IMG/VR virus record: IMGVR_UViG_3300025030_000064
Location: 29,499-93,498 of that record
DNA length: 64,000 nucleotides
Direction: 5' to 3' (one strand)
DNA from: a virus
The notes beneath the pieces were generated by a model. It saw only the letters and a program-made list of their open reading frames with translations, was not told the DNA's origin and ran no database searches. The translations under genes and the position numbers were made by a program. This document shows positions 59,401 through 64,000 of this stretch, piece by piece. Each line of letters opens with the position of its first letter. Position 1 is the first letter of the stretch.

Positions 59401-59913
59401 TCAAAGAACCACTATCGTACTTTTGATGTCTTTTGTTACTTCTTTCCATCCTTGCGTTCCTTTCCAAATTATTGGTTTTATTTGCCTTACATCTTCGTAA
59501 ACATGGCAATACAAATCTTCCCGCCACTTCACAAAACACTTGTCGGCATCTTTTGGCTTCATTTTCCTACTATCAACTAATTTACCTATTGCAATTCCGT
59601 AACCATTCAAATCAAGGGTTCCGCTATCCCGATTCATCGCACTAAGCATTTTATAATATAAATCTGTTCCGCAAAGTTTGTGCTCAATATCTTCACTATA
59701 TGCTTTCAAACTTGTACATATCAATACCCACCCACGCACATTTGTATTCCATGTTCGAGTTTCAATTTTACCATAAAGCATTGCGGTTGCAAATGGTTGT
59801 TTCCAAGATAAAGCCAATAATTTTTGGTCTACAGGAAATGAGCCAGCCACTAACACAGGCTCAACCGCAATAGCGGGTTTAGTGGGTAAGTCAAATAAAG
59901 TGCCTTGTATCAT
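59401..59913 (-). CDS. ASCH-domain protein (cassette gene, starts in the attC loop)
   Basis: ALSWKQPFA...GKIETR.W..NVRG.VLI...KGTQGW. Confidence 0.85.
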   Translation of the reverse strand: MIQGTLFDLPTKPAIAVEPVLVAGSFPVDQKLLALSWKQPFATAMLYGKIETRTWNTNVRGWVLICTSLKAYSEDIEHKLCGTDLYYKMLSAMNRDSGTLDLNGYGIAIGKLVDSRKMKPKDADKCFVKWREDLYCHVYEDVRQIKPIIWKGTQGWKEVTKDIKSTIVVL

Positions 59914-60157
59914 ATTCGTTGTATTTTGATTGTCCTAATTGTATTTTTATAATTTTAGAATTATCGTTACACGAAAAAATTAAACAGCAAGCAATAATGA
60001 AATATAATTTTTTAATGTGTTTTATTAATTTTCGTAAATTATTAAAATATTTTCTATCATTTCTATAAAATGTATTTTCCTCTAAAATTATATTTCTTTC
60101 ATGGTTTATGTTAATAGCATTTGATTGTCCTTGTATTATAATTATTTTATCTTTCAT
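59891..60157 (-). CDS. Hypothetical protein within a composite attC loop
   Basis: ORF between the arms at 59848 and 60241. Confidence 0.45.
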   Translation of the reverse strand: MKDKIIIIQGQSNAININHERNIILEENTFYRNDRKYFNNLRKLIKHIKKLYFIIACCLIFSCNDNSKIIKIQLGQSKYNEYDTRHFI

Positions 60158-60241
60158 AAACCCTCCTCATTTTTTAAACTTTTTATTTATTTCAAATTTA
60201 ATTTATTACAAATTAATACGCACGTTTACAAGCCCTGTTCG

Positions 60242-60499
60242 TTAGCGTTCATTTACCAACACACTCTGATACATCTCTTCAAGGTCTTTAAAAAACCTAT
60301 CTCCTTGAATAATCACCATTGATGGATTATTTTTATTTACATATCTGATATAACCACTTTCAATCCTTTCATAACACTCATGAGCATCTCTACCTTTTTC
60401 TGTATTAAACCAGTGTAAATATGTTCTTGTTTGTATTATTGTTGTTATTTTTAAATCTGAAATTTGATGTTTAAAATCCATTTTAATTTTATTTTGCAT
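60242..60499 (-). CDS. Hypothetical cassette protein
   Basis: Stop codon is the TTA of the core at 60242; start may be 60481. Confidence 0.65.
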   Translation of the reverse strand: MQNKIKMDFKHQISDLKITTIIQTRTYLHWFNTEKGRDAHECYERIESGYIRYVNKNNPSMVIIQGDRFFKDLEEMYQSVLVNER

Positions 60500-60533
60500 T
60501 GCCAGCCGTTAGACAAAATTACGCTTCGTTTCA

Positions 60534-60576
60534 CAAATATACAAAGAAAGCAGATTGTTAGTCTGCTATTCTTTGT
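60534..60576 (-). promoter_or_regulatory. -7 promoter box and hairpin at the distal end of array 3
   Basis: TATATTTG (- strand, 60534-60541) pointing into the array; inverted repeat ACAAAGAAAGCAGA...TCTGCTATTCTTTGT. Confidence 0.4.
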
Positions 60577-60577
60577 T

Positions 60578-61141
60578 TTATTTAGTTAAGATTGAGAACT
60601 CAGCATAATTATAGAATATGCATATCTTATCATTATCCAATACTTGTATAGCAATAGAATTAATATCTGTTATTTTATATTTCTTACCTAAAGATAATCC
60701 ATTCCATTTATCATTAAAGATAACTGTTCCTAATTCAGTATTAAGATGTGTATAATACACTTCATCGTTTATTTTAAGAGTAGATAGTATCTCAGGTGTT
60801 ATCTGAGTATATTTGTCTTGAATTATCTCTTTAAATCCTTCCGTATTGAGTTCTTCAGCTACTTCTAATGATAGGTATTGCCTTTCTTTGTACTTTGAAC
60901 CTCTGAAGTCTTTATTATGTTGTTATAGATGTTGTCTACAACGTCTTATTGATTCAAAGTTAGTAAGTGATCCATTAGCAAGTAAATCAAAAAAGGTAGA
61001 TATAGTTTCTTCGTAGCTATTTATTGTTCTATTTTCCATATCCTCTTGCCATATCATTGACACAAGTAAATTATCGTTGTCCTTACAATCCGGTACTGAC
61101 TCTAACATTATTCTTATACGAGTTTTTAGTTCTTTAATCAT
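60578..61141 (-). pseudogene. Hypothetical protein split by an in-frame TAA (60923-60925)
   Basis: ...RRCRQHL*QHNKDFRG... stays open and in frame into ORF 60578-60760. Confidence 0.65.
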
Positions 61142-61410
61142 GACGGTTTAGGATAAAAGTTTAAACAATAATATTCTGCATGTTCTGTATGTTTTCTTTT
61201 CATCATATCTTTTTTATGAACTAAAGTAATATCTTCCCTATGATTAGAAATATGATAAAAACAATCACGTTTTAATGCACATTGACTACAATTACATAGT
61301 TCAATATTTGTTTGTTTATTCTTATTTACATTCATTAGAAAACAAACAAGAGCAAATAGGGCTGCTATAGCTAATAACAACCCTATAATATAATATTTAT
61401 ATGTTTCCAT
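61138..61410 (-). CDS. Membrane-anchored Cys-rich protein
   Basis: N-terminal TM, C.C..C....C motif. Confidence 0.6.
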   Translation of the reverse strand: METYKYYIIGLLLAIAALFALVCFLMNVNKNKQTNIELCNCSQCALKRDCFYHISNHREDITLVHKKDMMKRKHTEHAEYYCLNFYPKPS

Positions 61411-61412
61411 TG

Positions 61413-61901
61413 TTAGTGTGATGTATAATTAAGTTCTTTTAATAAACCATATTGTTCAGCTTGTATGGCCTTTTCTATCATTTCTGTTACATTTATTTCT
61501 TCTGAGCCTAACTTAGCTATTAAATTAGATACAAGTCTGCCAGAGGTCTTAGAATGAACGAATCCTTTCTTTAGGATTATATTCTTGCCATTGTCAAGCC
61601 ATAGATAACATTTCTTATTAGCATTATCAAAGTTAAGGAAGTAACCCAGGTACTTAAGACTTCTTATCTTAGCTATGTCATATCTGTTTAACAGATGTGT
61701 ATAACCAAATTCATTACTTACTTCTGGTGCTTCATGAGCAGTCATAGTTACATTACCTTGTTTATCTCTTGATAAAGATAGTATATTATATACCTTATGA
61801 ACACCATTACGAGCTATGTAAGACTCGATATTTACTTTTACATACTTCTTTTCCTCTTTTAAGCTACTAAGCTGTGTGAGGTCATTTAATACTTGTTTCA
61901 T
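61413..61901 (-). CDS. Hypothetical protein
   Basis: Intact ORF. Confidence 0.65.
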   Translation of the reverse strand: MKQVLNDLTQLSSLKEEKKYVKVNIESYIARNGVHKVYNILSLSRDKQGNVTMTAHEAPEVSNEFGYTHLLNRYDIAKIRSLKYLGYFLNFDNANKKCYLWLDNGKNIILKKGFVHSKTSGRLVSNLIAKLGSEEINVTEMIEKAIQAEQYGLLKELNYTSH

Positions 61902-62609
61902 TTTATTCAGTTTTTAAATAAGTTAATGAATAGCAAAAGAGAGTTAACTAACTCTCTTATATAGGAACTGACTAAACCTACTTGCTATTCAAAATATAAA
62001 AATCTTTTATTGTCAGTATTTTAATGATTAATTTTTAGATTGTTCTTTTATCTCTTCTCTTACATTTGTACTTGTTAGTGCTGCAAATGCTAATAGTAAT
62101 ACAAATCCACTAAGCATAGATAATTCTATCATGTCAAGATATATAGATATTATAAATGCCATTCCTAATAGGAATAAGGTTATTGCGTATTTTATCATAT
62201 AATTATTTTTTATAAAACCTACCAGAAGTTAGATCTTCTGCCAAACGAGTTAATAGATAGATGTACAATGCCATCTAAATAGGTTTAGATTAATGTTAAT
62301 TGAATGATATATCTAATAAAGCCATAAGAGCATTATCAGATTGTATTTGATAGTTAGAATCTATCATTCTCTTTAGATCTCCAAAAGCAATTAGCACATT
62401 CTTTACGTTCAAAGCAACCAAAGTTAGAAGTTGTACAGTTTCGGCAATTTGTTTCGTCAATGTCTTTATGTTTACATAAAGAACATGATTTTATATTATT
62501 ATTCATATTAATTAGTATTAAGAGTAAATCACCCAATAGCCTTATATATCTCCCCAAACAGAAACAAACATTCTATTTCAGATATATAAGAACTATTAGA
62601 TGAAGAATA

Positions 62610-62999
62610 TTAATCTCTAACTTTTTCCCATAGTTTAGAAAAGTGTTTCTTTCTTTTCTGAATACCAATATAAAGAATAGTATTAGGTTTATAAAAGTTA
62701 GGTTTATGATCTGCTATTCGTGTAACTACATTTTTACTCATTACTTCAGGAGTTAGTTCATTAAGTCCTGTATGATTAAGAGTACAACCATCACTACCTA
62801 CTTTAACAAAGAATCCTTCTACTCCTTTTTTTGTAAACATCTCATATTCTCCACATAATACATGAACATGTCCAGATTTTTCAGATTTAGCAATAAACTG
62901 AGGAGTTGTTTTAACACATCCTTCTGGTAATTCGTTCAATTCATAACATTGGACATCTCCATGCATAGAATTTACCCCTAAAAATTTGATCTTTTCCAT
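62610..62999 (-). CDS. Hypothetical protein, HGDV...GHxH type
   Basis: HGDV and SGHVH motifs; directly downstream of the DUF6745-like gene. Confidence 0.6.
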   Translation of the reverse strand: MEKIKFLGVNSMHGDVQCYELNELPEGCVKTTPQFIAKSEKSGHVHVLCGEYEMFTKKGVEGFFVKVGSDGCTLNHTGLNELTPEVMSKNVVTRIADHKPNFYKPNTILYIGIQKRKKHFSKLWEKVRD

Positions 63000-63106
63000 T
63001 TTAATTAAATTTATATTTGTTAATATGTAAATTAAATAACTCTTTTTTTCTTTTCATGAAAATTGTTGCAAGTATGAGGTCTTATTTTAGTTTGATTAAA
63101 GATTAG

Positions 63107-64000
63107 TTAATTTCTTTGTTCCCAAATATAAGGAATTTCTTTAGACACATAATCCGGCCTGTGATATTTAGCAGCATCAATACAATTATCAAAGCTACTA
63201 TCAGAAGGAATAAGATATGTTTGTCCAGTTGAAGGACAAGTCATTTTTAACCACGCTAATTGAGCTGGACATTTACCATTTAAATCCTCTTCTTCGTTAA
63301 ATGATTCTTTTGTTTTATAAAGTATCATTTCTTCTATTTCTCCATTAGAATGAACAAAGGATTGTTTATCAATTTCTATAGCATCAAGAAATGTAAGCAT
63401 AGAACCTTCTCCTTTAGATTCAATAATCTCATACATCCCACCACGAACGTCTTCATTTTCTTCTTTCAAGAATTGTTCTTTTGTAAATCCTTTAAATATC
63501 CATTCTGGCATAAAACGACCATTTATATAATATTGGCTAAATCCATCTTTGAATATTACAGCATGACTAGATGTGTTGTGTAATCTATTTGCATTATCCT
63601 GATAAACTTTTGGTTTACTACAAACAATACAAACATTTTCAAATGTGTATAACTCATAAATCCCCGATTGTAACAATTTTGCAAATTTATCAAAATTAGA
63701 CCAATCATATTCTGTAAAATGGTTAGATGATTGAAAATACTTATAAAAAGCAACCCATCCATAATCGGATATGTTTCCATAATAAGATGATTTTTGATAG
63801 TTAGCCCAGATGTTATCCCTGATGTTAGCCCCGATGTTAGCCCAGATGTTATCCCCGATGTTAGCCCAGATGTTATCCCTGATGTTAACCCCGATGTTAT
63901 CCCCGATGTTATCCCTGATGTTATCCCTGATGTTATCCCTGATGTTATCCCTGATGTTAGCCCAGATGTTATCCCTGATGTTAGCCCCGATGTTAGCCCA
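63107..64000 (-). CDS. DUF6745-like protein, 5' end outside the window
   Basis: Frame is open from 64000: tetrapeptide repeats, YGNISDYGWVAFY, FENVCIVCSKP, NRLH, CPSTG. Confidence 0.8.
   Translation of the reverse strand, partial: WANIGANIRDNIWANIRDNIRDNIRDNIRDNIGDNIGVNIRDNIWANIGDNIWANIGANIRDNIWANYQKSSYYGNISDYGWVAFYKYFQSSNHFTEYDWSNFDKFAKLLQSGIYELYTFENVCIVCSKPKVYQDNANRLHNTSSHAVIFKDGFSQYYINGRFMPEWIFKGFTKEQFLKEENEDVRGGMYEIIESKGEGSMLTFLDAIEIDKQSFVHSNGEIEEMILYKTKESFNEEEDLNGKCPAQLAWLKMTCPSTGQTYLIPSDSSFDNCIDAAKYHRPDYVSKEIPYIWEQRN
63800..64000. repeat. 12-bp coding tandem repeat, about 17 units, truncated by the window end
   Basis: GATGTTA(G/T)CCC(T/C/A) units encoding RDNI, WANI, GANI and GDNI. 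Confidence 0.95.

Larger units (their letters stand above)
58861..60530 (+). mobile_element. Integron-like cassette array 3
   Basis: attI-like GTAGTatgatGTT (G at 58871); attC-like 59322-59394, composite 59848-60247, half-site with G at 60508. Confidence 0.8.
1..64000. mobile_element. crAss-like (Crassvirales-type) bacteriophage genome segment
   Basis: Gene order ring protein - IHF-like - ring protein - muzzle - cargo - giant virion RNAP (DFDVD) - cargo, then a convergent block of replication and small genes; Bacteroidota-type promoters. Confidence 0.9.

Noticed and set aside
37352-60530. CRISPR array associated with the Cas4-like gene
   Set aside because: The repeats are non-identical palindromes separated by genes, not constant repeats with short spacers.
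63556-63780. Separate ORF METYPIMDG...
   Set aside because: It is an alternative frame inside the DUF6745-like gene, whose frame is open from 64000 to 63107.
1-64000. Stop-codon reassignment (code 15 or code 4) as in some crAss-like phages
   Set aside because: The very long ORFs are intact in code 11, and TGA terminates many genes with ATGA overlaps.
63800-64000. CRISPR or origin iterons
   Set aside because: There are no spacers; the 12-bp period is in frame within a coding sequence.
1-64000. Integrase, reverse transcriptase (DGR, retron) or tRNA genes
   Set aside because: I recognised no tyrosine-recombinase or RT motifs and no cloverleaf. Absence by eye is not proof.

Overview
AT-rich segment of a crAss-like (Crassvirales-type) phage of a Bacteroidota host, read in the standard genetic code. 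The + strand (1-34.4 kb) is the late/virion module. It holds a lysis cassette (holin, YkuD-motif endolysin candidate, unimolecular-spanin-like lipoprotein), tail ring proteins, an IHF-like protein, the muzzle, cargo proteins and a 4955-aa virion RNA polymerase polyprotein (DFDVD motif plus helicase, zincin and GNAT-like domains). After a terminator at about 34.45 kb, the - strand (34.5-64 kb) is the early/replication and accessory region: DnaB, an AAA ATPase, a Cas4-like exonuclease, RadC, HNH proteins, a cytosine methyltransferase, YopX, ASCH, DUF6745 and many small ORFs. The main unexplained structure is three integron-like cassette arrays in the early region (about 37.35-40.43 kb, 51.12-53.91 kb and 58.86-60.53 kb), with about 15 complete or partial attC-like hairpins (YAAC...GTTR). 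Every cassette gene is antisense to the inferred attC top strand. Several genes start inside an enlarged attC loop and read through the attC arm, and several use the TTA of the core site as their stop codon. The arrays begin at a shared attI-like site, and two of them are preceded by paralogous excisionase-like wHTH genes where intI would normally sit. No integrase is present in the window. All family calls come from motif recognition by eye, not from database searches.
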